Shown here piece by piece: positions 63,566 to 64,000 of a DNA stretch of 64,000 nt. Every line of letters starts with the position of its first letter. Position 1 is the first letter of the stretch. The stretch covers positions 800,001 through 864,000 of the forward strand of contig OZ244717.1 in assembly GCA_965218975.1 (NCBI GenBank). Direction: 5' to 3'. The translations under genes and the position numbers were made by a program. Below the pieces are notes generated by a model, which ran no database searches, had not been told where the DNA came from, and saw only the letters and a program-made list of their open reading frames with translations. Origin of the DNA: Candidatus Oxydemutatoraceae bacterium. GTDB taxonomy: Bacteria > Pseudomonadota > Gammaproteobacteria > Poriferisulfidales > Oxydemutatoraceae.

Positions 63566-64000
63566 TTATTGTGCCGCCGCTGCCACCGCTTTCTCGGCAG
63601 CCTCCGCAAGCGTGTCGGCCGAAATGATCGGCAAGTTGCTGTCAATCAGCATTTTTCTGCCCAACTCGACGTTGGTTCCCGATAAGCGAACGATTAACGG
63701 TACGCGAACATCAAGTTGCCGCACCGCTCTGATCACTCCTTCGGCAATCCAATCACAGCGGTTAATTCCTGCGTAGATATTCACCAGCAGCGCTTTTACG
63801 TTGGAATCCTCCAGCACCAACTCGAATGCTTTAGCAACGCGTTCGGGTGAGGCGCCACCGCCGATATCCAGAAAGTTTGCCGGTGCGCCGCCGACGTATT
63901 TGATCATATCCATAGTTGCCATTGCCAATCCCGCACCGTTGATCATGCAACCGATGCTTCCGTCTAATCCGACATAACTGAGATCGTGATCGGAGGCGCG
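63566..64000 (-). CDS. mtkA: Malate--CoA ligase beta subunit, SucC family (5' end outside the window)
   Basis: [23 protein letters not shown], and [11 protein letters not shown] (MtkA-like; SucC typically has GI(M/V)RCD). Confidence 0.72.
   Translation of the reverse strand, partial: RASDHDLSYVGLDGSIGCMINGAGLAMATMDMIKYVGGAPANFLDIGGGASPERVAKAFELVLEDSNVKALLVNIYAGINRCDWIAEGVIRAVRQLDVRVPLIVRLSGTNVELGRKMLIDSNLPIISADTLAEAAEKAVAAAAQ

Overview
Chromosomal segment of a proteobacterium, with gammaproteobacterial gene order and features suggestive of a marine host-associated lifestyle (inference). 1-27.4 kb is housekeeping: sulfotransferase, rodZ-hisS-yfgM-bamB-der, queF, smc-zipA-ligA, glnK-amtB, bioD/purC/purEK, acuI, grxD, ppa, and mrdA-rodA-mltB-rlpA-dacA-dat. 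27.5-36.9 kb holds a fully delimited 6.85-kb IS1595-family transporter element (24-bp TIRs, 8-bp TSD TTCTCGAT). It contains two near-identical frameshifted transposase copies, each followed by a different DNA methyltransferase + nuclease pair. Next to it is a defective IS1634-family element flanked by a ~579-bp target duplication; the start of that duplication preserves a different allele of the IS1595 cargo, which points to cargo replacement in place. After murU-amgK and an acyl-CoA synthetase, a 17.8-kb nested non-autonomous element carries a ~5,200-aa LRR/FN3/Calx-beta/cadherin surface protein with a GlyGly-CTERM anchor. That element has IS1634 ends, a long degenerate TSD and two inverted TGT...ACA non-coding elements. 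The window ends in a malate thiokinase-hydroxyacid dehydrogenase-PEP carboxylase cluster of serine-cycle type. No rRNA, tRNA or CRISPR array was seen. All family calls come from motif recognition by eye, not database searches.
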